Below, one piece after another: positions 25,601 through 41,100 of a DNA stretch of 64,000 nt. The DNA lies in NCBI GenBank assembly GCA_010909165.1, contig MU008164.1, positions 496,001 through 560,000 of the forward strand. Reading direction: 5' to 3'. The first letter of the stretch is position 1, and each line of letters opens with the position of its first letter. Under the pieces are notes generated by a model that saw only the letters and a list, made by a program, of their open reading frames with translations, did not search any database and was not told the origin of the DNA. The stretch is from Anthoceros angustus (lineage: Eukaryota; Plantae; Anthocerotophyta). Made by a program: the position numbers and the translations under genes.

Positions 25601-28229
25601 TCCAAAATTTCACAAATGAAGATTAGTATCAATTGTTACAAGGTTCTAGCTTTTTACGGTGAAGGTGGATGGTCAAGGCGAGAAGGGTGTCATGTTGGAC
25701 GGCAAAGAATCCTGGTTGTTCACATACCCCAAGATCATGAGTAGGGCAGCTCTTGGATGGCATGCTTGTAGCTAGTGGGGCCTCGGGTTTGTAACTCTGT
25801 TGTATTTGTCTTTGGAGGTTTTGTTCAATGTATAATACTATTTTCTACAACATTCACTATGGACGCCTCTCGCAGCGAGGAAGTCAACATACATGCACTA
25901 ATGTTCCACGACTCGAGTTTATGGATTTGGCGGTTTCGGGGTTTATTTAAACACGTGCAACGATTGAACGCATCCAACAATGACTCCGACTCCATGGAAG
26001 GCTTGTTGCTTATAGTCTCAAATTGTCTTGGATCTTAATCACGCAATTTGGAGGAGACTCGGGCCTTCACTTGGTTTGCGAGTTGAGGTACATGAATGTG
26101 TCCAACAACGATCGAAGTCGGGGCACATCCGTCGGTCTGTCATTTACGAGCAGCCAAGCTGTTGCTAACAATTGAACTTTGCGGTGCTCTTCTTCCGTCC
26201 CGTAATTATGGCGAATGGGGCGGAATCCAACTGCTTCGTGTGGATGAGATGATCATCCCGATCGGTCTGTTGGTATTTACGGTCGAGTTGTTACTATCCA
26301 TTCTGCGATATGGAGAGAGCACTCAAACACAAGCAAAATCAAGAGTTACGGAAATGGAGAGCACTTGTCACCCACATCTCTTCGCAAACTTCGTCCACCT
26401 ACGCCTAACTTTACACACACCTCGAGATTGGGTGGGCGGCTTTGGCACCAAAAGGCAACGATGGCACAGGTGGCAATCAAAAGAGCAAGGACCAAAAGTT
26501 GTTCCATAAGTTGAATGATCAAGCAAACCCAAAGACCAAGGACCAAAACCTGTTTCTAAAGTTGCATAGAGCAAAGCCAAAGACCAAGGACTCAAAGCTC
26601 GCTAAAGTTACACGAAGCAAACCCAAACACCAAAACCAAAAGCTCCTCCAAAATTTCACAAATGAAGATTAGTATCAATTGTTACAAGGTTCTAGCTTTT
26701 TACGGTGAAGGTGGATGGTCAAGGAGAAGGGTGTCATGTTGACGGTTGCAGCAATCACAGTTGTTCACATACCCCAAGATCATGAGTAGGGCACTCTTGG
26801 ATGGCATGCTTGTAGCTAGTGGGGCCTCGGGTTTGTAACTCTGTTGTATTTGTCTTTGGAGGTTTTGTTCAATGTATAATACTATTTTCTACAACATTCA
26901 CTATGGACGCCTCTACGAGGAAGTCAACATACATGCACTAATGTTCCACTCGAGTTTATGGATTTGGCGGTTTGGGGTTTATTTAAACACGCAACGATTG
27001 AGCGCATCCAACAAATCGGCGACTCCATGGAAGGCTTGCTTGCTTATAGTCTCAAATTGTCTTGGATCTTAATCACAATTTGGAGGAGACTCGGGCGCTT
27101 CACTTGGTTTGCGAGTTGAGGTACATGAATGTGTCCAACAACGATCGAAGTCGGGGCACATCCGTCGTCTGTCATTTACGAGCAGCCAAGCTGTTTGCTA
27201 ACAATTGAACTTTGCGGTGCTCTTCTTCCGTCCTGTAATTATGGCGAATGGGGGCGGAATCCAATCTTTCGTGTGGATGAGATGATCATCCCGATCGGTC
27301 TGGTATTTACGGAGTTGTTACTATCCATTGCGATATGGGAGAGCACTCCAAACACAAGCAAAATCAAGCGAGTTCGAAATGGAGAGCACTTGTCACCCAT
27401 CTCTCTTCGCAAACTTCGTCCGACCCATTAACTTTACACACACCTCGGAGATTGGGTGGGCGGCTTTGGCACCACATGCAACGATGGCACGGTGGCAATC
27501 AAAAGGAGCAAGCGTGAGGGCTCACTGTAGATAAGCTGCCGTTCTTAATGACGTGAGAATTTTATCGCAAGTCAATCGTAAAGCTAGTCAAGCTGTTAGG
27601 TTGTTGCTTGGAGAAGAAAGTTGCTCTCCTTGTCTTGAGTTATGTTCCCAAGGGCACCTTACATAAGGGAAAAGGGAGGATGCCAGGCTCACTTGGAGAC
27701 AACGGCCGCCCAGGATTGCTCTTCAAACCTTTGAGGCTTTAGAGTATCTACATTTAGCAGCCCAACGTAGATCTATGTTTCATAGAGATGTTAAGTCTTC
27801 AAATTTAAACATTCTTCTAGACCACTACCTAAATGCTAAGGTGGCTCATTTTAGCATTTCAAAGCTGAGCCCAATGGGCGCTAGTCATGCATCCCTTGTA
27901 ATCGGGGCACCTTGGCGGATTACCTTGATCCAGTATTATACAAGCTTATAGTTCCCGGCCAAAGTGATTGATATCTAAAGCTTTAGTGAATGCGGTGTTA
28001 TTGGAACTTATTTCAGCTAGTTAACTCTCCTGATATCTTTTGAAGACATATGATGAGGCAACGTTGGTGGAATTGGCGTTCTTTGAAGAACAAGAGGATT
28101 GGAAACTTTCTGTGAAGAACAAGAGGATTGGGAACCTTCACGATCCTGGCCCTAATAGAAACTTTGAATTCGCTCTTTGGCATTGAAATCAAGAGACCGA
28201 CTATCTATTAAGCGGTATGAAAGAGATGA

Positions 28230-28264
<35 letters not shown>

Positions 28265-31200
28265 TTTCAAATATTTGTTTTGATCACTTGAGCATCTCCC
28301 AATCACAAATATATGGTGATGTTAAGTGCACCATCTCTTTGCAAAGTTCTCGATCTTCTAAAGATGAGACTGATCTAGAGGGTAGTCACATGAATGATAG
28401 AGCTTGAAATGGACTTGTCTTTTGAAGACTTGTGTTTTCTATTAACTTTGAAACCCACTTGCTAGTCTTCATAGAAAAATGCCAACTTGAAGACTAATTG
28501 CAGCCAGCCAATTAATTTACCCTATCTCAGACGTATAATCATGAGTAGAAAAATTATTATTTTCTAAGAAAATGAATCAACCTTCTTCTTTGTAAAACAA
28601 CAAAGAAATATATATTCATAGTAAACTTTGATATGATCAAAGCACAGCCCTAATCGTAAAAGTACCCAATCGAATAACTCACATACTTTTGTTCCTTACT
28701 TTTAATTGGTTTAGTTTCTTTGATAGTAATCCCAACAATGTTTATTCTTGCATTCGATGTATTGATATTCCACCCCATCATGTCCCCGATAATTCCACCT
28801 CCATAATGTCCACCAATAATTCCACCTCCATCATATCCATCGACTTAGATGAGTCATGAACTCCATCATATCCATTCTATATCGTCCCATTCATCTTCTC
28901 TCATTCCATCCTCATGCATACTCATCTTCATCCTCATCCGCATACCCATCTTCATCCTCATTTTCATTTTCATTTCCTTCATCTTTATTTTCATTGTCAT
29001 CCTCATTTTCATTTTCATTTTCACGGTCGTTCTCATTTTCCTTCTCCTCCTCATCTTCATTTACATTTTCATTTTCATCCTCATCTTCTTGCTTGTCCTC
29101 GTCTTCATTTTCCTTTGCATTTTCATCGTTATCTTCAGCTTCTCCGCATCTTCATCCGACTCAACTCCTCCGATTGTAAGCCTAGCAAGATCTTCACAAC
29201 ACACATTTATGTAGAAAATAATATCTTCTACCTCCATCAATCTATTGGATATTCCACCTCCATCACATCCACCGGGATTCCACCCTATCATATCCATTGA
29301 GAATTGAGCTCCATCATATCCACTAACTTAAATGAGTCTTGAACCTCCATCATATCCATAATATGTCGCCCATTTTGCTATGGGCAACCGAGCTCCCAAG
29401 TGTGAACTTTTAGTGCGAGACCTCATCCTCATCCTCAATTTTATTTTCATTCTCATCTTCATCGGGCTCCTCATCCTCATCTTTCGCTTCCGAAATCTTA
29501 ATTCGACTCATCCTCAAATTCTTCATAATGATGATGGTAAGAAAAATGTTGAGGTACTTGATCTTATACCAACTATGGACTCTAGGCTTACAAGAAAAGA
29601 AGAAGAAAGTGTTGGGACACAATCGATCCCTTTGGGCTATGGGCTTCTTGGATGTAGGAGGAAGCACTTGTCAAATTGAAGTTGGTGTGTCCAGTAGACA
29701 CTTTTGGATAATTCCATTTTGAGCATACATATATATACAATCAGATATGGTTTGGTCCTTGGACTTTGGTTTCAAGTTTAAAGACTACGAAAATCAACGA
29801 TTGCATGAATTCAGCAAAGCCAAAGACCAAGGACCAAAAGTTAGTGTTGTTCCTAAAGTTGCATGAAGCAAAGCCAAAGAGCAAGGACCAAAAGTTGTTC
29901 CATAAGTTGAATGATCAAGCAAACCCAAAGACCAAGGACCAAAACCTGCTTCTAAAGTTGCATAGAGCAAAGCCAAAGACCAAGGACTCAAAGCTACCGC
30001 TAAAGTTACACGAAGCAAACCCAAACACCAAAACCAAAAGCTCCTCCAAAATTTCACAAATGAAGATTAGTATCAATTGTTACAAGGTTCTAGCTTTTTA
30101 CTGTGAAGGTGGATGGTCAAGACGAGAAGGGTGTCATGTTGGACGGTTTGCAGCAATCCACAGTTGTTCACATACCCCAAGATATCGTGAGTAGGGCAGC
30201 TCTTGGATGGCATGCTTGTAGCTAGTGGGGCCTCGTGTTTGTAACTCTGTTGTATTTGTCTTTGGAGGTTTTGTTCAATGTATAATACTATTTTCTACAA
30301 CATTCACTATGGACGCCTCTCGCAGAGGAAGTCAACATACATGCACTAATGTTCCCGACTCGAGTTTATGGATTTGGCGGTTTCGGGTTTATTTAAACAC
30401 GCAACGATTGAACGCATCCAACAGACTCGGCGACTCCATGGAAGGCTTGCTTATAGTCTCAAATTGTCTTGGATCTTAATCACAAAGAATTTGGAGGGGA
30501 GACTCGAGCGACTTCACTTGGTTTGCGAGTTGAGGTACATGAATGTGTCCAACAACGATCAGAAGTCAGGGCACATCCCGTCGGGTCTGTCATTTCTGAA
30601 CGATCCAAGCCTATTTGCTAACAATTCTGAACTTCGCGGTGCTCTTCTTCCGTCCTGTAATTATGGCGAATGGGGCGCGGAATCCAATCTGTTTCGTGTG
30701 GATGAGATGATCATCCTGATCAGTGCGCTGGTATTTACGGTCAGGAGTTGTTACTATCCATTCTACGATATGGGAGAGAGCACTCCAAACACAAGCAAAA
30801 TCAAACAGAGTTCTGGAAATGGAGAGCACTTGTCACCCACATCTCTCTTCGCAAACTTCGTCCAGCCAGCCTAACTTTACACACACCTCGAGATTGGAGG
30901 CGGCTTTGGCACTGCATCGAAGGCAACGATGGCACGTGGCAATCAAAAGGAGCAAGCGTGAGGGCTCACCTATAGATAAGCTGCCGTTTCTTAATGACGT
31001 GAGAATTTTATCGCAAGTCAATCGTAGCCTAGTCAAGTCATTAGGTTGTTGCTTGGAGAAGAAAGTTGCTCTCCTTGTCTTCGAGTTATGTTCCCAAGGG
31101 CACCTTACATAAGGGAAAAGGAGGGATGCACCAGCTCACTTGGAGACAACGGCCTACAGTTGCTCTTCAAACCTTTGAGGCTTTAGAGTATCTACATTTA

Positions 31201-34200
31201 GCAGCCCAACGAGATCTATGTTTCATAGAGATGTTAAGTCTTTAAATTTAAACATTCTTCTAGACCACTACCTAAATGCTAAGGTGGCTCATTTTAGCAT
31301 TTCAAAGCTGGGCCCAATGGGCGCTAGTCATGCATCCCTTGTAATCGGGGCACCTTGGCCGGATTACCTTGATCCCGAGTATTATACAAGCTTATAGTTC
31401 ACAGGCCAAAGTGATTGATATCTAAAGCTTTAGTGAATGCAGTGTTATTGGAACTTATTTCAGCTAGTTAACTCTCCTGATATCTTTTGAAGACATATGA
31501 TGAGGCAACGTTGGTGGAATTGGCGTTCTTTGTGAAGAACAAGAGGATTGGAAACTTTCTCTGTGAAGAACAAGAGGATTGGGAACCTTTAAATCGATCT
31601 GTCCTAATAGAAACTTTGAATTCCGCTCTTTGGCATTGAAATCAAGAGACCGACTATCTATTAAGCGGTATGAAAGAGATGAATCGTTATATATATATAT
31701 ATATATATATGCTTTCAAATATTTGTTTTGATCACTTGAGCATCTCCCAATCACAAATATATGGTGATGTTAAGTGCACCATCTCTTTGCAAAGTTCTCG
31801 ATCTTCTAAAGATGAGACAGATCTAGAGGGTAGTCACATGAATGATAGAGCTTCAGAAATGGACTTGTCTTTTGAAGACTTGTGTTTTCTATTAACTTTG
31901 AAACCCACTTCGTTAGTCTTCATAGAAAATATGCCAACTTGAAGACTGATTGCAGCCAGCCAATTAATTTACCCTATCTACTGTACAGTATAATCATGAG
32001 TAGAAAAAATTATTATTTTCTAAGAAAATGAATCAACCTTCTTCTTTGTAAAACAACAAAGAAATATATATTCATAGTAAACTTTGATATGATCAAAGCA
32101 CAGCCCTAATCGTAAAAGTACCCAATCGGAATAACTCACATACTTTTGTTCCTTACTTTTAATTGGTTTAGTTTCTTTGATAGTAATCCCAACAATGTTT
32201 ATTCTTGCATTCGATGTATTGGATATTCCACCCCATCATGTCCCCGATAATTCCACCTCCATAATGTCCACCAATAATTCCACCTCCATCATATCCATCG
32301 ACTTAGATGAGTCATGAACCTCCATCATATCCATTCTATATCGTCCCATTCATCTTCTCTCATTCCATCCTCATCCGCATACCCATCTTCATCCTCATCC
32401 GCATACCCATCTTCATCCTCATTTTCATTTTCATTTCCTTCATCTTTATTTTCATTGTCATCCTCATTTTCATTTTCATTTTCACGGTCGTTCTCATTTT
32501 CCTTCTCCTCCTCATCTTCATTTACATTTTCATTTTCATCCTCATCTTCTTGCTTGTCCTCGCCTTCATTTTCCTTTGCATTTTCATCGTTATCTTTCAG
32601 CTTCTCCGCATCTTCATCCGACTCAACTCCTCGATTGTAAGCCTAGCAAGATCTTCACAACACACATTTATGTAGAAAATAATATCTTCTACCTCCATCG
32701 AATCTATTGGATATTCCACCTCCATCACATCCAGGGATTCCACCCCTATCATATCCATTGAGAATTGGAGCTCCATCATATCCACTAACTTAAATGAGTC
32801 TTGAACCTCCATCATATCCGCAATATGTCGCCCATTTTGCTATGGGCAAGTGAGCTCCCAAGTGTGAACTTTTAGTGCGAGACCTCATCCTCATCCTCAA
32901 TTTTATTTTCATTCTCATCTTCATCGGGCTCCTCATCCTCATCTTTCGCTTCCAAATCTTAATTCACTCATCCTCAAATTCTTCATAATGATGATGGTAA
33001 GAAAAATGTTGAGGTACTTGATCTTATACCAACTATGGACTCTAGGCTTACAAGAAAAGAAGAAGAAAGTGTTGGGACACAATCGATCCCTTTGGGCTAT
33101 GGGCTTCGGATGTAGGAGGAAGCACTTGTCAAATTGAATTGGTGTGTCCAGACACTTTTGGATAATTCCATTTTGAGCATACATATATATACAATCAGAT
33201 ATGGTTTGGTCCTTGGACTTTGGTTTCAAGTTTAAAGACTACGAAAATCAACGATCGCTGCATGAATTCAGCAAAGCCAAAGACCAAGGACCAAAAGTTA
33301 GTGTTGTTCCTAAAGTTGCATGAAGCAAAGCCAAAGAGCAAGGACCAAAAGTTGTTCCATAAGTTGAATGATCAAGCAAACCCAAAGACCAAGGACCAAA
33401 ACTGTTTCTAAAGTTGCATAGAGCAAAGCCAAAGACCAAGGACTCAAAGCTACGCTAAAGTTACACGAAGCAAACCCAAACACCAAAACCAAAAGCTCCT
33501 CCAAAATTTCACAAATGAAGATTAGTATCAATTGTTACAAGGTTCTAGCTTTTTACGGTGAAGGTGGATGGTCAAGACGAGAAGGGTGTCATGTTACTTT
33601 GCAGCAATCACAGTTGTTCACATACCCCAAGATCGTGAGTAGGCGACTCTTGGATGGCATGCTTGTAGCTAGTGGGGCCTCGGGTTTGTAACTCTGTTGT
33701 ATTTGTCTTTGGAGGTTTTGTTCAATGTATAATACTATTTTCTACAACATTCACTATGGACGCCTCAATGAGGAAGTCAACATACATGCACTAATGTTCT
33801 CGACTCGAGTTTATGGATTTGGCGGTTTGGGGTTTATTTAAACACGCAACGATTGAACGCATCCAACAACAGACTCGGCGACTCCATGGAAGGCTTGCTT
33901 GCTTATAGTCTCAAATTGTCTTGGATCTTAATCACGCAATTTGGAGGAGACCAGCTTCACTTGGTTTGCACGAGTTGAGGTACATGAATGTGTCCAACAA
34001 CGATCAAGTCGGGGCACATCCCGTCGGGTCATCATTTCGAACGAGCCAAGCCTCGCTTTGCTAACAATTCAACTTTGCGGTGCTCTTCTTCCGTCCTGTA
34101 ATTATGGCGAATGGGGCGGAATCCAACTGCTTTCGTGTGGATGAGATGATCATCCCGATCGCTAGTATTACTATGAGTTGTTACTATCCATTCTGCGATA

Positions 34201-35119
34201 TGGGAGAGAGCACTCCAAACACAAGCAAAATCAAACAGAGTTCTGGAAATGGAGAGCACTTGTCACCCACATCTCTCTTCGCAAACTTCGTCCAGCCACA
34301 GCTAACTTTACACACACCTCAGAGATTGGAGTGGGCGGCTTTGGCACCCTGTACGGAAGGCAACGATGGCACAGCGGTGGCAATCAAAAGGAGCAAGCGT
34401 GAGGGCTTACCTGTAGATAAGCCGTTTCTTAATGACGTGAGAATTTTATCGCAAGTCAATCGTAGCTAGTCAAGCTGTTAGGTTGTTGCTTGAGAAGAAA
34501 GTTGCTCTCCTTGTCTTGAGTTATGTTCCCAAGGGCACCTTACATAAGGAAAAGGGAGGGATGCGGTCCAGCTCACTTGGAGACAACGGCCCTACGGATT
34601 GCTCTTCAAACCTTTGAGGCTTTAGAGTATCTACATTTAGCAGCCCAACGTAGATCTATGTTTCATAGAGATGTTAAGTCTTCAAATTTAAACATTCTTC
34701 TAGACCACTACCTAAATGCTAAGGTGGCTCATTTTAGCATTTCTTTGGGCCCAATGGCGCTAGTCATGCATCCCTTGTAATCGGGGCACCTTGGCGGATT
34801 ACCTTGATCCCGAGTATTATACAAGCTTATAGTTCCTGTGCCAAAGTGATTGATATCTAAAGCTTTAGTGAATGCGTTATTGGAACTTATTTCAGCTAGT
34901 TAACTCTCCCGTGATATCTTTTGAAGACATATGATGAGGCAACGTTGGTGGAATTGGCGTTCTTTGTGAAGAACAAGAGGATTGGAAACTTTCTCTGTGA
35001 AGAACAAGAGGATTGGGAACCTTCGTCGATCTGCCCTAATAGAAACTTTGAATTCCGCTCTTTGGCATTGAAATCAAGAGACCGACTATCTATTAAGCGG
35101 TATGAAAGAGATGCAATCG

Positions 35120-35153
<34 letters not shown>

Positions 35154-38100
35154 TTTCAAATATTTGTTTTGATCACTTGAGCATCTCCCAATCACAAATA
35201 TATGGTGATGTTAAGTGCACCATCTCTTTGCAAAGTTCTCGATCTTCTAAAGATGAGAGGATCTAGAGGGTAGTCACATGAATGATAGAGCTTGAAATGG
35301 ACTTGTCTTTTGAAGACTTGTGTTTTCTATTAACTTTGAAACCCACTTCGTTAGTCTTCATAGAAAAATGCCAACTTGAAGACTAATTGCAGCCAGCCAA
35401 TTAATTTACCCTATCTATCGCATAAAGATAATCATGAGTAGAAAAATTATTATTTTCTAAGAAAATGAATCAACCTTCTTCTTTGTAAAACAACAAAGAA
35501 ATATATATTCATAGTAAACTTTGATATGATCAAAGCACAGCCCTAATCGTAAAAGTACCCAATCGGAATAACTCACATACTTTTGTTCCTTACTTTTAAT
35601 TGGTTTAGTTTCTTTGATAGTAATCCCAACAATGTTTATTCTTGCATTCGATGTATTGGATATTCCACCCCATCATGTCCCCGATAATTCCACCTCCATA
35701 ATGTCCACCAATAATTCCACCTCCATCATATCCACGACTTAGATGAGTCATGAACCTCCATCATATCCATTCTATATCGTCCCATTCATCTTCTCTCATT
35801 CCATCCTCATGCATACTCATCTTCATCCTCATCCGCATACCCATCTTCATCCTCATTTTCATTTTCATTTCCTTCATCTTTATTTTCATTGTCATCCTCA
35901 TTTTCATTTTCATTTTCATCGTTCTCATTTTCCTTCTCCTCCTCATCTTCATTTACATTTTCATTTTCATCCTCATCTTCTTGCTTGTCCTCGTCTTCAT
36001 TTTCCTTTGCATTTTCATCGTTATCTTTCAGCTTCTCCGCATCTTCATCCGACTCAACTCCTCCGATTGTAAGCCTAGCAAGATCTTCACAACACACATT
36101 TATGTAGAAAATAATATCTTCTACCTCCATCGAATCTATTGGATATTCCACCTCCATCACATCCACCGGGATTCCACCCCTATCATATCCATTGAGAATT
36201 GGAGCTCCATCATATCCACTAACTTAAATGAGTCTTGAACCTCCATCATATCCGCAATATGTCGCCCCATTTTGCTATGGGCAAGCCGAGCTCCCAAGTG
36301 TGAACTTTTAGTGCGAGACCTCATCCTCATCCTCAATTTTATTTTCATTCTCATCTTCATCGGGCTCCTCATCCTCATCTTTCGCTTCCCGAAATCTTAA
36401 TTGACTCATCCTCAAATTCTTCATAATGATGATGGTAAGAAAAATGTTGAGGTACTTGATCTTATACCAACTATGGACTCTAGGCTTACAAGAAAAGAAG
36501 AAGAAAGTGTTGGGACACAATCGATCCCTTTGGGCTATGGGCTTCTGGATGTAGGAGGAAGCACTTGTCAAATTGAATTGGTGTGTCCAGAGACACTTTT
36601 GGATAATTCCATTTTGAGCATACATATATATACAATCAGATATGGTTTGGTCCTTGGACTTTGGTTTCAAGTTTAAAGACTACGAAAATCAACGATTGTT
36701 GCATGAATTCAGCAAAGCCAAAGACCAAGGACCAAAAGTTAGTGTTGTTCCTAAAGTTGCATGAAGCAAAGCCAAAGAGCAAGGACCAAAAGTTGTTCCA
36801 TAAGTTGAATGATCAAGCAAACCCAAAGACCAAGGACCAAAACCTGTTTCTAAAGTTGCATAGAGCAAAGCCAAAGACCAAGGACTCAAAGCTACTGCTA
36901 AAGTTACACGAAGCAAACCCAAACACCAAATACCAAAAGCTCCTCCAAAATTTCACAAATGAAGATTAGTATCAATTGTTACAAGGTTCTAGCTTTTTTA
37001 CAGGTGAAGGTGGATGGTCAAGACGAGAAGGGTGTCATGTTGGACGGTTGCAGCAATCCACAGTTGTTCACATACCCCAAGATACTGGAGTAGGGCGACT
37101 CTTGGATGGCATGCTTGTAGCTAGTGGGGGCCTCGGGTTTGTAACTCTTGTATTTGTCTTTGGAGGTTTTGTTCAATGTATAATACTATTTTCTACAACA
37201 TTCACTATGGGCGCCTCTCAATGTGAGGAAGTCAACATACATGCACTAATGTTCCACGACTCGAGTTTATGGATTTGGCGGTTTGGGTTTATTTAAACAC
37301 GTGCAACGATTGAACGCATCCAATGACTCAACGACTCCATGGAAGGCTTGCTTGCTTATAGTCTCAAATTGTCTTGGATCTTAATCACAGCAATTTGGAG
37401 GGGAGACTCGAGCGGCTTCACTTGGTTTGCACGAGTTGAGGTACATGAATGTGTCCAACAACGATCGAAGTCGGGCACATCCCGTCCGGGTCCGTCATTT
37501 CAACGAGCCAAGCTGTTTGCTAACAATCGAACTTTGCGGTGCTCTTCTTCCGTCCTGTAATTATGGCGAATGGGCGCGGAATCCAATCTGTTTCGTGTGG
37601 ATGAGATGATCATCCCGATCGATCTTGGTATTTACGGGAGTTGTTACTATCCATTCGCGATATGGGAGAGAGCACTCCAAACACAAGCAAAATCAAAGCG
37701 AGTTCGGAAATGGAGAGCACTTGTCACCCACATCTCTCTTCGCAAACTTCGTCCACCGCTAACTTTACACACACCTCGAGATTGGAGTGGGCGGCTTTGG
37801 CACTCTAAGGCAACGATGGCACGGTGGCAATCAAAAGGAGCAAGCGTGAGGGCTCACCTATAGATAAGCTGCCGTTTCTTAATGACGTGAGAATTTTATC
37901 GCAAGTCAATCGTAAAACAGCCAGTCTGTTAGGTTGTTGCTTGGAGAAGAAAGTTGCTCTCCTTGTCTTGAGTTATGTTCCCAAGGGCACCTTACATAAG
38001 GGAAAAGGGAGGGATGCAGTCGTGCTCACTTGGAGACAACGGCCGCCTACGGATTGCTCTTCAAACCTTTGAGGCTTTAGAGTATCTACATTTAGCAGCC

Positions 38101-41100
38101 CAACGTAGATCTATGTTTCATAGAGATGTTAAGTCTTCAAATTTAAACATTCTTCTAGACCACTACCTAAATGCTAAGGTGGCTCATTTTAGCATTTCAA
38201 AGTCAGCCCAATGGGCGCTAGTCATGCATCCCTTGTAATCGGGCACCTTGGCGGATTACCTTGATCCCGAGTATTATACAAGCTTATAGTTCCTGTGCCA
38301 AAGTGATTGATATCTAAAGCTTTAGTGAATGCGTGTTATTGGAACTTATTTTCAGCTAGTTAACTCTCCGTGATATCTTTTGAAGACATATGATGAGGCA
38401 ACGTTGGTGGAATTGGCGTTCTTGTGAAGAACAAGAGGGATTGGAAACTTTCTGTGAAGAACAAGAGGGATTGGGAACCTTTCGATCTGTCCTAATAGAA
38501 ACTTTGAATTCGCTCTTTGGCATTGAAATCAAGAGACCGACTATCTATTAGCGGTATGAAAGAGATGAATCGTATATATATATATATATATATATATATG
38601 CTTTCAAATATTTGTTTTGATCACTTGAGCATCTCCCAATCACAAATATATGGTGATGTTATGCACCATCTCTTTGCAAAGTTCTCGATCTTCTAAAGAT
38701 GAGACGATCTAGAGGGTAGTCACATGAATGATAGAGCTTAAATGGACTTGTCTTTTGAAGACTTGTGTTTTCTATTAACTTTGAAACCCACTTCGTTAGT
38801 CTTCATAGAAAAATGCCAACTTGAAGACTAATTGCAGCCAGCCAATTAATTTACCCTATCTCATGCAGATAATCATGAGTAGAAAAATTATTATTTTCTA
38901 AGAAAATGAATCAACCTTCTTCTTTGTAAAACAACAAAGAAATATATATTCATAGTAAACTTTGATATGATCAAAGCACAGCCCTAATCGTAAAAGTACC
39001 CAATCGAATAACTCACATACTTTTGTTCCTTACTTTTAATTGGTTTAGTTTCTTTGATAGTAATCCCAACAATGTTTATTCTTGCATTCGATGTATTGGA
39101 TATTCCACCCCATCATGTCCCCGATAATTCCACCTCCATAATGTCCACCAATAATTCCACCTCCATCATATCCATCGACTTAGATGAGTCATGAACCTCC
39201 ATCATATCCATTCTATATCGTCCCATTCATCTTCTCTCATTCCATCCTCATGCGCATACTCATCTTCATCCTCATCCGCATACCCATCTTCATCCTCATT
39301 TTCATTTTCATTTCCTTCATCTTTATTTTCATTGTCATCCTCATTTTCATTTTCATTTTCACGGTCGTTCTCATTTCCTTCTCCTCCTCATCTTCATTTA
39401 CATTTTCATTTTCATCCTCATCTTCTTGCTTGTCCTCGTCTTCATTTCCTTTGCATTTTCATCGTTATCTTTCAGCTTCTCCGCATCTTCATCCGACTCA
39501 ACTCCTCCGATTGTAAGCCTAGCAAGATCTTCACAACACACATTTATGTAGAAAATAATATCTTCTACCTCCATCGAATCTATTGGATATTCCACCTCCA
39601 TCACATCCATCGGGATTCCACCCTATCATATCCATTGAGAATTGGAGCTCCATCATATCCACTAACTTAAATGAGTCTTGAACCTCCATCATATCCGCAA
39701 TATGTCGCCCATTTTGCTATGGGCAAGTGAGCTCCCAAGTGTGAACTTTTAGTGCGAGACCTCATCCTCATCCTCAATTTTATTTTCATTCTCATCTTCA
39801 TCGGGCTCCTCATCCTCATCTTTCCTTCCCGAAATCTTAATTGACTCATCCTCAAATTCTTCATAATGATGATGGTAAGAAAAATGTTGAGGTACTTGAT
39901 CTTATACCAACTATGGACTCTAGGCTTACAAGAAAAGAAGAAGAAAGTGTTGGGACACAATCGATCCCTTTGGGCTATGGGCTTCTTGGATGTAGGAGGA
40001 AGCACTTGTCAAATTGAGCGATTGGTGTGTCCAGTATGAGACACTTTTGGATAATTCCATTTTGAGCATACATATATATACAATCAGATATGGTTTGGTC
40101 CTTGGACTTTGGTTTCAAGTTTAAAGACTACGAAAATCAACGATCAGTTGCATGAATTCAGCAAAGCCAAAGACCAAGGACCAAAAGTTAGTGTTGTTCC
40201 TAAAGTTGCATGAAGCAAAGCCAAAGAGCAAGGACCAAAAGTTGTTCCATAAGTTGAATGATCAAGCAAACCCAAAGACCAAGGACCAAAACTGTTTCTA
40301 AAGTTGCATAGAGCAAAGCCAAAGACCAAGGACTCAAAGCTACTGCTAAAGTTACAAGCAAACCCAAACACCAAAACCAAAAGCTCCTCCAAAATTTCAC
40401 AAATGAAGATTAGTATCAATTGTTACAAGGTTCTAGCTTTTTACGGTGAAGGTGGATGGTCAAGACGAGAAGGGTGTCATGTTGGATGCTTTTTGCAGCA
40501 ATCACAGTTGTTCACATACCCCAAGATATCGTGAGTAGGCGACTCTTGGATGGCATGCTTGTAGCTAGTGGGGGCCTCGGGTTTGTAACTCTGTTGTATT
40601 TGTCTTTGGAGGTTTTGTTCAATGTATAATACTATTTTCTACAACATTCACTATGGACGCCTCTGCAGGAGGAAGTCAACATACATGCACTAATGTTCCT
40701 GACTCGAGTTTATGGATTTGGCGGTTTGGGTTTATTTAAACACGCAACGATTGAGCGCATCCAACAAGCACTTCACGACTCCATGGAAGGCTTGCTTGCT
40801 TATAGTCTCAAATTGTCTTGGATCTTAATCACAATTTGGAGGAGACTTGAGCGGCTTCACTTTGCACGAGTTGAGGTACATGAATGTGTCCAACAACGAT
40901 CAGTCGGGCACATCCCGTCGGGTCTGTCATTTCTGAACGATCCAAGCCTATTTGCTAACAATTCGAACTTTGCGGTGCTCTTCTTCCGTCCTGTAATTAT
41001 GGCGAATGGGCGGAATCCAACTGCTTCGTGTGGATGAGATGATCATCCCGATCGGTCTTGGTATTTACGGTCGAGTTGTTACTATCCATTCTGCGATATG

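Noticed and set aside
25304-25744. KPKTKDQK-repeat ORFs, and a CRISPR-like look of the spaced repeats
   Set aside because: The peptide repeat follows from the DNA motif and frames are not conserved. Repeats are degenerate, spacers resemble each other, there are no cas genes and the context is eukaryotic.
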